A model generated the notes under the pieces. That model worked only from the letters and a program-made list of their open reading frames with translations. It was not told the DNA's origin and searched no databases. This document shows positions 24,984 through 33,349 of a stretch of DNA of 56,015 nucleotides, piece by piece; within the stretch, counting starts at the first letter, position 1; every line of letters begins with the position of its first letter. A program made the position numbers and the translations under genes. Source of the DNA: an uncultured Candidatus Saccharibacteria bacterium (GTDB taxonomy: Bacteria; Patescibacteriota; Saccharimonadia; Saccharimonadales; Saccharimonadaceae). The stretch is from contig CAMKFS010000001.1 in the NCBI GenBank assembly GCA_946411935.1, positions 1 to 56,015 of the forward strand. The letters run 5' to 3'.

Positions 24984-25023
24984 ATAACCAAATTAGGTCA
25001 AAAATAAACAAAGAAAAACAAAA

Positions 25024-26865
25024 ATGCCAGATAATAAATCTCAGCCGAAACCGGCTGCTTCAAAGAACAATCCAAATATAATTACTCAAGTTGCCGATAG
25101 GGTAAAAGAAAGCGAGAATGTTTTAGTCGCTCTTTCGAAGAACCCTACCGTCGACGAGCTTTCCGCTGCTCTTGGTTTAACTTTTATTCTCGATAGACTT
25201 GGCAAACATGCGACTGCAATTTTCTCTGGCGATGTTCCGAATGCAATCGAATTCCTCGAACCAGAAAAAACTTTTGAGTCCAATACGAATAGTCTTCAGG
25301 ATTTCATAATTGCACTCAATAAAGAGAAGGCTGACCACCTCCGCTATAAAGTTGAAGGCGATTTTGTTAAAGTTTTTATTACTCCGTATAAGACTACGCT
25401 CGATGAAAAAGATCTTGAGTTTAGTCATGGCGATTTTAATGTTGACCTAATAATTGCAATTAATGTTCACGCAGAGAATGATTTGGACTCTGCGCTCGCG
25501 GAATATGGCAAAATCAAACACGATGCTAGCTCAATTAACATTTCCGCCGAGGCTCCTGGCAAATTCGCTGACTTAGAGTGGGGAAATCCTAATGCCTCCT
25601 CTGTCTCTGAAATGGTAGCCGACTTGGCAGATATTCTGAGCGATGATAATTCTGAGGAAAAACTTGTCGACAAATCTACTGCTACCGCTTTGCTTGCAGG
25701 TATTGTTGCGGCAACTAACCGCTTCTCGAATGAGCATACTAGCGCCGAGACGATGTCTGTCGCATCTGAACTAATGTCAGAAGGTGCCGATCAACAGCTC
25801 ATTTCCTCTAGTATTCCTGTCGATATCCTCACTAAGGGAACCGTCGATATGAACGACGAATTAGCTGAAGCTGAGGAAGAGCCAAAAGAAGAGCCAAAGA
25901 AGAGCGAGCAGTCAGTTAAAGAAAAAGATCCAACCGAATTAGACATTCATCGCGGGGAAGAGGAAGAAGAATCTGCAGAGGAGCAAGAATCCGAAGAAGA
26001 AAAGACGGCCGCAAAAAAACCAGATAATGTCCCAGATTTGCCTCAGCCAGAACCATCTCCAGTTGAACCAGAAGATGAAACTCCGACTGCGCAAGCCGAA
26101 GCTCAAGCAATCGAATCTACTGCTGTTCCGGCCCCAGCCGATGCTGAGCCAGTAGAAATTCCTACTCCAGAGCTTGAACCTCTCGCTGCTCCGATTATTC
26201 CAGAAAAACCGAAGCTTCCTGACATGGAGCCTAATATCCCATCTTCTTCTACGGTCAATAACGAAAAAACTCTCACTCCACCGAGCGAAGAGCCAGCTCC
26301 TGCTCAAGAATATCCGCCTGCTTCGGCTCCTGCTCAAGAATTACCTCCAGTTGAGGCCCCAGTATCTCCGGAGACCGAATTAAAAGGTCCAGAGAATGCG
26401 GTTCCTATTGTTCCAAATGACGTAGCAAACGCTCAGCTTCCTGAGCCGATTGCTCAGCCACCGGTCGCCGAGTTTCAGCCTGCGCCAACTACCGACCCGG
26501 CTCAACCGCCAGTCCCTCCAGCTAATGCAGAGTATGTAGCTCCGCCATTGCCAATGCCTGGCGACGGTGCGGTATTGCCTCCTCCACCAATCCCATTCGA
26601 TTTAGATGGCGCACCGCTTCCTCCAATTAGTCAGCCAGCACCTGTCGAGAATCCGGCAGCAACGGCCCAGGTGCCACTCGCCCCATCGGATCCTCAGGAT
26701 TTCGTTCAGGACGATGATCCGCAGCAGCTTCCAGCGGAACCAATTATGCCGGCAGTTCTTCAGGAACCGGATGAGCCTACGCTCGCGCCGAATCCTGGCA
26801 CTAACCAGGTAATGCAGGACCAAGTCTACGGCGATCCGGACGCATTTAAGATTCCGGGGATGTAG
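25024..26865 (+). CDS. Hypothetical protein: degenerate DHH-like N-terminal domain + long Pro/Glu-rich C-terminal half
   Basis: 613 aa. The N-terminal ~270 aa follow an NrnA/DHH layout (VLVALSKNPTVDELSAALGL..., DLIIAINVH, SINISAEAPG), but the DHH/DHHA catalytic residues are not conserved. The C-terminal ~330 aa are P/E/A-rich. Confidence 0.35.
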   Translation: MPDNKSQPKPAASKNNPNIITQVADRVKESENVLVALSKNPTVDELSAALGLTFILDRLGKHATAIFSGDVPNAIEFLEPEKTFESNTNSLQDFIIALNKEKADHLRYKVEGDFVKVFITPYKTTLDEKDLEFSHGDFNVDLIIAINVHAENDLDSALAEYGKIKHDASSINISAEAPGKFADLEWGNPNASSVSEMVADLADILSDDNSEEKLVDKSTATALLAGIVAATNRFSNEHTSAETMSVASELMSEGADQQLISSSIPVDILTKGTVDMNDELAEAEEEPKEEPKKSEQSVKEKDPTELDIHRGEEEEESAEEQESEEEKTAAKKPDNVPDLPQPEPSPVEPEDETPTAQAEAQAIESTAVPAPADAEPVEIPTPELEPLAAPIIPEKPKLPDMEPNIPSSSTVNNEKTLTPPSEEPAPAQEYPPASAPAQELPPVEAPVSPETELKGPENAVPIVPNDVANAQLPEPIAQPPVAEFQPAPTTDPAQPPVPPANAEYVAPPLPMPGDGAVLPPPPIPFDLDGAPLPPISQPAPVENPAATAQVPLAPSDPQDFVQDDDPQQLPAEPIMPAVLQEPDEPTLAPNPGTNQVMQDQVYGDPDAFKIPGM

Positions 26866-26871
26866 ATAAAA

Positions 26872-26899
26872 ATAGACGACTCTGCAAAGAGTCGTCTAT
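26872..26899. terminator. 12-bp hairpin with GCAA loop
   Basis: ATAGACGACTCT-GCAA-AGAGTCGTCTAT, between the CDS end (26865) and the tRNA-Pro 3' end. Confidence 0.5.
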
Positions 26900-26912
26900 T
26901 ACTTACTTAAAA

Positions 26913-26988
26913 TGGTCGGGGTTATCAGACTCGAACTGATGACCTCACGCTCCCAAAGCGCGCGCGCTACCAACTGCGCCAAACCCCG
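26913..26988 (-). tRNA. tRNA-Pro (anticodon TGG), CCA encoded
   Basis: Reverse complement: CGGGGTT TG GCGC AGTTGGTA GCGC G CGCGC TTTGGGA GCGTG AGGTC ATCAG TTCGAGT CTGAT AACCCCG A CCA. Folds as a full 76-nt cloverleaf. Confidence 0.9.
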
Positions 26989-27020
26989 GACTCATATTAT
27001 TATACTACAAAACCAAATAT

Positions 27021-27049
27021 TTCGCAAAGAGGGCTTTTCGGGGTATAAT
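27021..27049 (+). promoter_or_regulatory. Promoter, TTCGCA-17 bp-TATAAT
   Basis: TATAAT at 27044-27049. The ATG at 27057 is 7 nt downstream with no SD. Confidence 0.4.
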
Positions 27050-27056
27050 ATATCCT

Positions 27057-28067
27057 ATGAAGAAGATTTTAGCTACCGGCGGAACGGGCTATATTGGCTC
27101 ACATACCGTCATCGAACTTATTAATAAAGGTTATGAGGTCGAAATTCTCGATAACCTCTTTAATAGCAAGATTACTGTCTTAGACCAAATTGAAAAAATT
27201 ACCGGCAAGCGCCCGAAATTTTATGAAGCAGATCTTCTTGATGCTAAAAAAGTAGACGAAATCTTCAAAGAGGGCAACTATGATGCTGTAATCCATTTTG
27301 CTGGCCTGAAAGCCGTTGGCGAATCTGTCGAAAAACCTCTGTTATATTATCGCAACAATATCGAAGGAACACTTAACCTTCTCGATGCGATGACTAAATA
27401 TAAAGTTAATGAAATTATTTTCTCCTCCTCGGCGACTGTTTATGGGGTTCAAGATAATCCAGATTTCGTCGAAACGATGCAGACTGGCGGTGAAATTACC
27501 AACCCGTATGGCCGCACAAAGTTCTTTATTGAGGAAATTATTAAAGATTACGTAATTGCGCATCCAGATTTTGAGGCGACCCTTCTTCGCTATTTCAACC
27601 CAATCGGTGCTCACGAGTCCGGTTTAATCGGCGAAGACCCAAATGGCATTCCAAATAATCTCATGCCAATTATCATGCGTGTCGCTGAAGGCCGCATTAA
27701 ACAACTTCAGGTTTATGGCACTGATTATCCGACCGAAGATGGTACCTGCCGCCGCGACTACATTCATGTTGTTGATCTCGCAAAAGGCCACGTTGCGGCT
27801 CTTGAGCATATGAAAGCAGGCGTTAATATTTACAACCTTGGTACCGGCAAAGCGACTAGCGTTAAAGAAATGATCGTTGCCTTTGAAAAAGCAAGCGGCA
27901 AAACGCTTCCGCATGAATTTGCTCCGCGCCGCGCTGGCGATCTCGCTGAAATGTGGGCTAATCCAGCTAAGGCAGAGAAGGAATTGGGCTGGAAAGCAGA
28001 ATTAACTGTCGACGATGCAATGAGAGACACGATTAATTATCTAAAGCATGTAAAGGAGAACCAATAA
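27057..28067 (+). CDS. galE: UDP-glucose 4-epimerase
   Basis: Rossmann motif GGTGYIGSH, the YGRTK catalytic motif (YxxxK) and a 336-aa length typical of GalE. Confidence 0.9.
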   Translation: MKKILATGGTGYIGSHTVIELINKGYEVEILDNLFNSKITVLDQIEKITGKRPKFYEADLLDAKKVDEIFKEGNYDAVIHFAGLKAVGESVEKPLLYYRNNIEGTLNLLDAMTKYKVNEIIFSSSATVYGVQDNPDFVETMQTGGEITNPYGRTKFFIEEIIKDYVIAHPDFEATLLRYFNPIGAHESGLIGEDPNGIPNNLMPIIMRVAEGRIKQLQVYGTDYPTEDGTCRRDYIHVVDLAKGHVAALEHMKAGVNIYNLGTGKATSVKEMIVAFEKASGKTLPHEFAPRRAGDLAEMWANPAKAEKELGWKAELTVDDAMRDTINYLKHVKENQ

Positions 28068-28633
28068 TGGCAAAAACCAAATTTACATTTAAAAATTACT
28101 TAAAAGAGCTGAAAAAATCTTGGCTACTTTTGGCAATTTTTGTAATTCTTGGCGCAGCCGGCGGCGCATTTTACGCTTTCAGGAAACCGGTGCAGTATAC
28201 TGCAACCGCGAAAGTCCTTGTTAATAACGCAAGTGTCGATAATGCTGGCATGGCGTCGCCATATAGCTCAATTAGCGAACTTCTTTCAAGTAAGGATCTT
28301 ATCAAAGAAACTAATCCGGATCTTGGCGATATTTCTGAATATGAGGTTATCGAAGCTCCTCGTGGAGTGTTTCAAGTAACTGCTACTGATACAGATTCCG
28401 AACATGCGAAAGAGGTAGCAAACGCTGTAATTAATAGCACACAATATGTCATTAACTACGCATTTGATAATGCGGCAGATTATCGGGTTACGACGATTAA
28501 CGAGGCAGAAAGTACATCTGCAACAGTCTCTACTAAATCTCGTATAATTTCGATCGTCATTGCCGCAGCAGCAATGTTTGTACTAGCAGCCGTTGTCGTA
28601 TTTATTAAATTTGATTACTCCTCGGAGAAATAA
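28067..28633 (+). CDS. Wzz/YveK-like polysaccharide chain-length determinant
   Basis: 188 aa with TM helices at both ends. The N-terminal pattern FKNYLKELKKSWLLLAIFVILGAAGGAFYAFRKPVQYTATAKVLV resembles Wzz. Lies within a glycan cluster. Confidence 0.5.
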   Translation: MAKTKFTFKNYLKELKKSWLLLAIFVILGAAGGAFYAFRKPVQYTATAKVLVNNASVDNAGMASPYSSISELLSSKDLIKETNPDLGDISEYEVIEAPRGVFQVTATDTDSEHAKEVANAVINSTQYVINYAFDNAADYRVTTINEAESTSATVSTKSRIISIVIAAAAMFVLAAVVVFIKFDYSSEK

Positions 28634-29641
28634 ATGGCCAAGCAATCGCAAAAAATCCTTTCTATTTCCGTCGCCGCCTACAATTTAGGCGAAATGATCG
28701 AAGATAATCTGAAATCTTTTTGCGATAAGCGCTATATTGACGATATTGAAGTTCTCGTTGTCGATGATGGTTCCACTGATGATACGCCGAAACGCGTCGA
28801 GAAATATGTTAAAAAATATCCGAATTCCATTTACCTTATCAAGCAAAAGAATGCTGGCCCAGGCTCGACTGTTAATACCGGCATCGCAAACGCTACTGGT
28901 AAGTATTTTCGTATGGTTGACGGCGATGACTGGGTAAATAAAGATGATTTTGCGGTGCTTATTGAACATCTCAAAGAAGTTGATGTCGATGCGGTCTTTA
29001 CGAATTATATTCCTTACCACAATGTCAAAAAACAAGAACTCGGCGTCAATCGTATTACTGACATGCCTGTCGGCGAAGTCTTTAAGTTGAATGATTATCA
29101 TTATTCATATAATCCACCAATTCGAATGCATCATACTATCTTTCGTACCGACATCATGAAAAAGCATGTTAAGCTCGATAATGGTTTTTATACCGATTCG
29201 GAATATATGTTCTGGCCAACGCCATACATAAAGAACGTAATTTATTATGACCTCAATATTTATATGTATCGCGTTGCGATGGCGGGGCAAAGCACGAGCC
29301 CAGAGAAAATGCGCCGCAACCGTTCGAACCATCGTTTTATTTTAGACAAAAACCTCGCATTCTTTAAGAAGGTTTCGTCGAAATTAGAGCCAGGCGTCCG
29401 CAATTATCTTGCTCTTCAGATGGCTGGATTAGTGATAAATCACTTTGATATTATCGTTCTCATTAACGATAAAAATATGGCAAAAGACGTAAAAGCCCTC
29501 TTTAAAGAAATAGAAGATAATTATCCTGATATTTTTGAACATTTGTGTTCAGACAAAAAATACCGCATTACGGCCGGCGGCAAAGCCCCACTCGTAAAAG
29601 CTTTTTCAATTTATCTACGTCAACGCTATAAGCATCTATAA
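28634..29641 (+). CDS. Family 2 glycosyltransferase
   Basis: LSISVAAYNLGEMIEDNL...VLVVDDGSTDDT and DGDD motifs. Confidence 0.8.
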   Translation: MAKQSQKILSISVAAYNLGEMIEDNLKSFCDKRYIDDIEVLVVDDGSTDDTPKRVEKYVKKYPNSIYLIKQKNAGPGSTVNTGIANATGKYFRMVDGDDWVNKDDFAVLIEHLKEVDVDAVFTNYIPYHNVKKQELGVNRITDMPVGEVFKLNDYHYSYNPPIRMHHTIFRTDIMKKHVKLDNGFYTDSEYMFWPTPYIKNVIYYDLNIYMYRVAMAGQSTSPEKMRRNRSNHRFILDKNLAFFKKVSSKLEPGVRNYLALQMAGLVINHFDIIVLINDKNMAKDVKALFKEIEDNYPDIFEHLCSDKKYRITAGGKAPLVKAFSIYLRQRYKHL

Positions 29642-29643
29642 AA

Positions 29644-31095
29644 ATGACAGCAAAAAAGAGCATTAAGAAAAACTATCTATACAACTTGGCCTATCAGATT
29701 TTGACGGTCATTGTGCCATTTGTTACGATTCCGTATCTTTCTCGTGTACTCGGCGTTGAGAATATCGGCATTAATAGTTTTACACTTTCAATTGTTACTT
29801 ATTTTGTATTATTGGCAAACATCGGCGTCGGAAGTTTTGGCACGCGCGAGATTGCTCTTCATCAAGATGACCGCAAGAAATATTCCAAAATTTTCTGGGA
29901 TCTATACTCGTATCAGTTCCTAGTGGGTATTATTTCGATTCTGGCCTATAGCATCTACGTAATGTGTCTTGGCGGTTATCCATCTGTTCAGTGGATAATG
30001 ACATTAAATATTGTCGCCGCGTTATTTGATATTGTCTGGCTTTATCAGGGACTTGAAGACTACAAATATATTTCTGTTCGCAATATTATTATTAAAATCG
30101 TCGCCGTAGCGGCCACTTTTACCTTTGTTCGTACCTCGAACGATCTTTGGATTTACGTCTTAATAAACAGTGCTGCTACTTTGGTATCATCAAGCTTCCT
30201 GTGGTTCAAATTTCCAAAAATCGCCGACAGGCCAAGGTTTCGCGAAATCCGCATCTTCCGTTATTGGAAAGATACTTTCATTTATTTCTTGCCTCAGATT
30301 GCCGTCTCTGTCTATACGGTCTTAGACAAGACCATGCTAGGACTCATTACAGGTTCCGAGGCCGAGAACGGCTACTACGATCAAACTTACAAAATTATTC
30401 AAATTGGCCTGATTATTTTAATCTCGCTAAATACGGTCGTTGCGCCGCGTATGGCTTATCTTTTTGGGAAGGGTAAAAAGGATGAGATTAAGAAGCGTCT
30501 CAAGACATCATTCCACTTCATCTATCTAATTGCCTTTCCGCTCGTTTTTGGGCTGATTACACTGGGACCAGATTTTTCATCAATTTTCTTCGGTGAAGGT
30601 TACGAAAAAGTCCGCATCCTTTTGCCGCTCTTTGCTCCAATTATTGTTGTAATTAGTATTAGTAACTGTCTCAGCGGCCAATGTCTTATTCCGATTGGCA
30701 AGCAGAAACAAGCCGCGATTTTCTTGTGGGTTGGTGCATTGTCGAACTTCCTGCTCAACTTTATTACGATTAGCCTCTGGTCCAGCATCGGCGCTGCAAT
30801 TAGCTCAATTATTGCCGAGATCATCATTACGACATCATTCATTATTCTCGCAAAAGAATATATCAGTTGGAAAACAGTAATAGCTGTAATGAAAAATTAC
30901 TTCATTGCTGGAGTGATTATGCTTATCGCACTTCTTGCTATTAACCATTTCTGGACCGGCATCACGATTCCGATTATTGCCGCAAAAATCGCCATCGGCG
31001 GCTGTCTGTATTTCTTTATTCTTCGTTTTGTCTTACGCGATGAGTTTCTCATCGGCGAAGCGGGTAGGGTTATTCGTAAGTTTCTCCACCGCTAA
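29644..31095 (+). CDS. Wzx-type oligosaccharide flippase (MOP superfamily)
   Basis: 483 aa with ~12-14 TM helices. The N-terminus KKNYLYNLAYQILTVIVPFVTIPYLSRVLGVENIG is typical of polysaccharide flippases. Confidence 0.75.
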   Translation: MTAKKSIKKNYLYNLAYQILTVIVPFVTIPYLSRVLGVENIGINSFTLSIVTYFVLLANIGVGSFGTREIALHQDDRKKYSKIFWDLYSYQFLVGIISILAYSIYVMCLGGYPSVQWIMTLNIVAALFDIVWLYQGLEDYKYISVRNIIIKIVAVAATFTFVRTSNDLWIYVLINSAATLVSSSFLWFKFPKIADRPRFREIRIFRYWKDTFIYFLPQIAVSVYTVLDKTMLGLITGSEAENGYYDQTYKIIQIGLIILISLNTVVAPRMAYLFGKGKKDEIKKRLKTSFHFIYLIAFPLVFGLITLGPDFSSIFFGEGYEKVRILLPLFAPIIVVISISNCLSGQCLIPIGKQKQAAIFLWVGALSNFLLNFITISLWSSIGAAISSIIAEIIITTSFIILAKEYISWKTVIAVMKNYFIAGVIMLIALLAINHFWTGITIPIIAAKIAIGGCLYFFILRFVLRDEFLIGEAGRVIRKFLHR

Positions 31096-31127
31096 TCTGT
31101 TATAATAATAGAAACAAAGGAGTGTAA

Positions 31128-32219
31128 ATGTACGATTATGTTATCGTTGGTGCAGGCTTGTTTGGTGCAACAATTGCCTATCGCGCCAAGCAACAGGGCA
31201 AAAAAGTATTAGTAATCGATAAGCGCGACCATATCGCTGGAAATGTATATACCGAGAATGTCGATGGTATTAATGTGCATAAATATGGCGCACACATTTT
31301 TCATACCGACTACAAAGATGTTTGGGATTTTGTAAACTCACTTGTAGAATTTAATCGTTACACAAATTCTCCGGTTGCTCGTATTGGCAATGAAATCTAC
31401 AACATGCCGTTCAATATGAATACCTTTAGTAAGATTTGGCCGGACGTTTTTACGCCAGCCGAGGCGAAGGCTCGCATTGAAGAAGAGCGCAAAGAGATGG
31501 AGGGCAAGGAACCTCAAAATCTTGAAGAGCAAGCAATTTCGCTTGTCGGTCGTAGTATTTACGAGAAACTCATTAAGGGCTACACTGAGAAGCAGTGGCA
31601 TCGTGATTGCAAGGAGCTTCCAGCCGACATTATCAAGCGTCTTCCGGTTCGCTTCATTTACGATAACAACTATTTTAACGACCGCTATCAGGGCATTCCA
31701 ATTGGCGGCTATACTAAGCTCGTCGAAAAGATGCTCGAAGGCGTAGAGGTTCGTCTCGGCGAAAATTTCTTTGATAAGGCCGACGAGTATCGTAAGATGG
31801 CAAAGACTATTGTCTATACTGGCATGATCGATGAATATTTCGACTTCAAATTTGGCCATCTTGAATACCGCTCACTCCGCTTTGAAACCGAAACACTCGA
31901 CGAAGAAAATCACCAAGGATGCGCCGTCGTTAATTATACTGGCCACGAAGTTGATTATACGCGCGTGATCGAACACAAGCATTTTGAATCAACCGAATCG
32001 CCAAAGACTATCATTACCTACGAATATCCAGACGATTGGGATGATCCAAAAAAGGAAGCCTACTACGTTATTAATGACGACAAGAACAATGAGCTTGCTG
32101 AGAAATATCGCAAGCTTGCCGAGCAAGAAAAGGATGTCATCTTTGGCGGCCGTTTAGCTGAATATAAGTATTACGATATGGATGATGTTATTAAGAAGGC
32201 ACTAGAAACGGAAATCTAA
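31128..32219 (+). CDS. glf: UDP-galactopyranose mutase
   Basis: FAD motif YDYVIVGAGLFGA, HKYGAHIFHT and a C-terminal GRLAEYKYYDMD. AAGGAG SD. Confidence 0.9.
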   Translation: MYDYVIVGAGLFGATIAYRAKQQGKKVLVIDKRDHIAGNVYTENVDGINVHKYGAHIFHTDYKDVWDFVNSLVEFNRYTNSPVARIGNEIYNMPFNMNTFSKIWPDVFTPAEAKARIEEERKEMEGKEPQNLEEQAISLVGRSIYEKLIKGYTEKQWHRDCKELPADIIKRLPVRFIYDNNYFNDRYQGIPIGGYTKLVEKMLEGVEVRLGENFFDKADEYRKMAKTIVYTGMIDEYFDFKFGHLEYRSLRFETETLDEENHQGCAVVNYTGHEVDYTRVIEHKHFESTESPKTIITYEYPDDWDDPKKEAYYVINDDKNNELAEKYRKLAEQEKDVIFGGRLAEYKYYDMDDVIKKALETEI

Positions 32220-33316
32220 AACGCGACGCTGTATGGCAATACTTCGCTAAAGCCAAGTATTGCAAAATAGCCAATCAAATAAAATACTCCTAGCAAAAGA
32301 CAAATAATAATGCGGGAGTATTTTTTATCGGTTAATTGACCAATCAAATCGACAAATGCAACTACGATAAAAACCCAGAAGAAATTCGCCATACGGCCAA
32401 CATATCCGGAGTAAAAACCGACTGCCGAATAGACAGCACCAACCAGCATCAAGAAGCAAAGGAATTTGTCGCGGCGAAGTCCGGTACGTCTATAATTTAC
32501 CAAATATACAATTGTAAGAATCGTAGCTGCAAAAAACTTAACATTTATGATCGAGCCAGGTGTTTCCATAAAAGTTGCAATATGTTTATGGGAAACTAGG
32601 CCAACACTTGTTGCGAATTCTAGTATCGTCGGGAAAGCGCAAACGCAAGCTACGGCGCAGACTGACAATATGAGATAAAGGCTGCGATTACGAATGCCAT
32701 GAATCGCGAGCGGAAGCAACATTACTGGCAACAATAATACGGACGAATAATGCAGGATTGTCGAGAAGCCAGCGAGTAGCAAAACTAACAATAATTTTGG
32801 CTTTTCTTGATTGCGGCGCTTATCGTAGATATAACTCAATGCAAAAGCCTGAACGGCAACAGCGGCAATTTGGCGCATTATATTCATACTGTCCGGGAAT
32901 ACGATTAGCAATAAAAGAGTAAAGTATAGCCAGGCATTTTTATGGCTAATTGTCTTTGCGGTGAGATAGAAAAATATGACCGTAATTGCAGCAAAAAATA
33001 TATAAATAAATGATACGTCTAGATGTAGGAAATTTCCCAGACGCGATAGTAGTACGATGAACGGCTCCATCGATCCATCATTAATGCGCGACATTGAGGC
33101 ATCGAAACTTTCCGACTTGATATCGCTGTAAAATTGCCTATAGGTCAGAGAATCGGTTCCGGAAGAATAGCGGAATCCGGCGAGCAGGACTGGAAGCAAA
33201 AATGCGATTAGAATAGGCGTGAACTTTTTCTTTTTTTCGCCAACATAGACCAGAATTCCGGCTGTCAAAAACACGGCCAAATACAAAACTACGCTTGAAA
33301 AAACATCAAATTCCAT
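32216..33316 (-). CDS. EpsG-like polytopic membrane protein (putative glycan polymerase)
   Basis: 366 aa with ~10 TM helices, sited in a glycan cluster. Its stop codon overlaps the glf stop (shared CTAA). Confidence 0.5.
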   Translation of the reverse strand: MEFDVFSSVVLYLAVFLTAGILVYVGEKKKKFTPILIAFLLPVLLAGFRYSSGTDSLTYRQFYSDIKSESFDASMSRINDGSMEPFIVLLSRLGNFLHLDVSFIYIFFAAITVIFFYLTAKTISHKNAWLYFTLLLLIVFPDSMNIMRQIAAVAVQAFALSYIYDKRRNQEKPKLLLVLLLAGFSTILHYSSVLLLPVMLLPLAIHGIRNRSLYLILSVCAVACVCAFPTILEFATSVGLVSHKHIATFMETPGSIINVKFFAATILTIVYLVNYRRTGLRRDKFLCFLMLVGAVYSAVGFYSGYVGRMANFFWVFIVVAFVDLIGQLTDKKYSRIIICLLLGVFYLIGYFAILGFSEVLPYSVAF

Positions 33317-33323
33317 TGCATAT

Positions 33324-33332
33324 ATTTTAGCA
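33324..33332 (-). promoter_or_regulatory. Extended -10 promoter, TGcTAAAAT (minus strand)
   Basis: Reverse complement of 33324-33332. The ATG at 33316 is 7 nt downstream with no SD. Confidence 0.4.
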
Positions 33333-33349
33333 TATAACAGGGGAATATT

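Noticed and set aside
25916-26823. Several 60-130-aa ORFs on both strands within 25.9-26.8 kb, and similar ORFs antisense to other large genes
   Set aside because: They are frame shadows of the Pro/Glu-rich repetitive coding sequence of the 613-aa gene, with Arg/Leu/Ser-rich nonsense composition and no SD. The same reasoning applies to the many antisense track ORFs inside the T4SS genes.
26912-27124. 70-aa plus-strand ORF
   Set aside because: It runs antisense through tRNA-Pro and across the galE promoter and start. The tRNA and galE explain the sequence.
32216-32219. Convergent glf/EpsG-like genes sharing overlapping stop codons as a regulatory device
   Set aside because: The 4-bp overlap (CTAA) is real, but such overlaps are common in compact genomes. 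It is noted under the glycan finding and not treated as a separate system.
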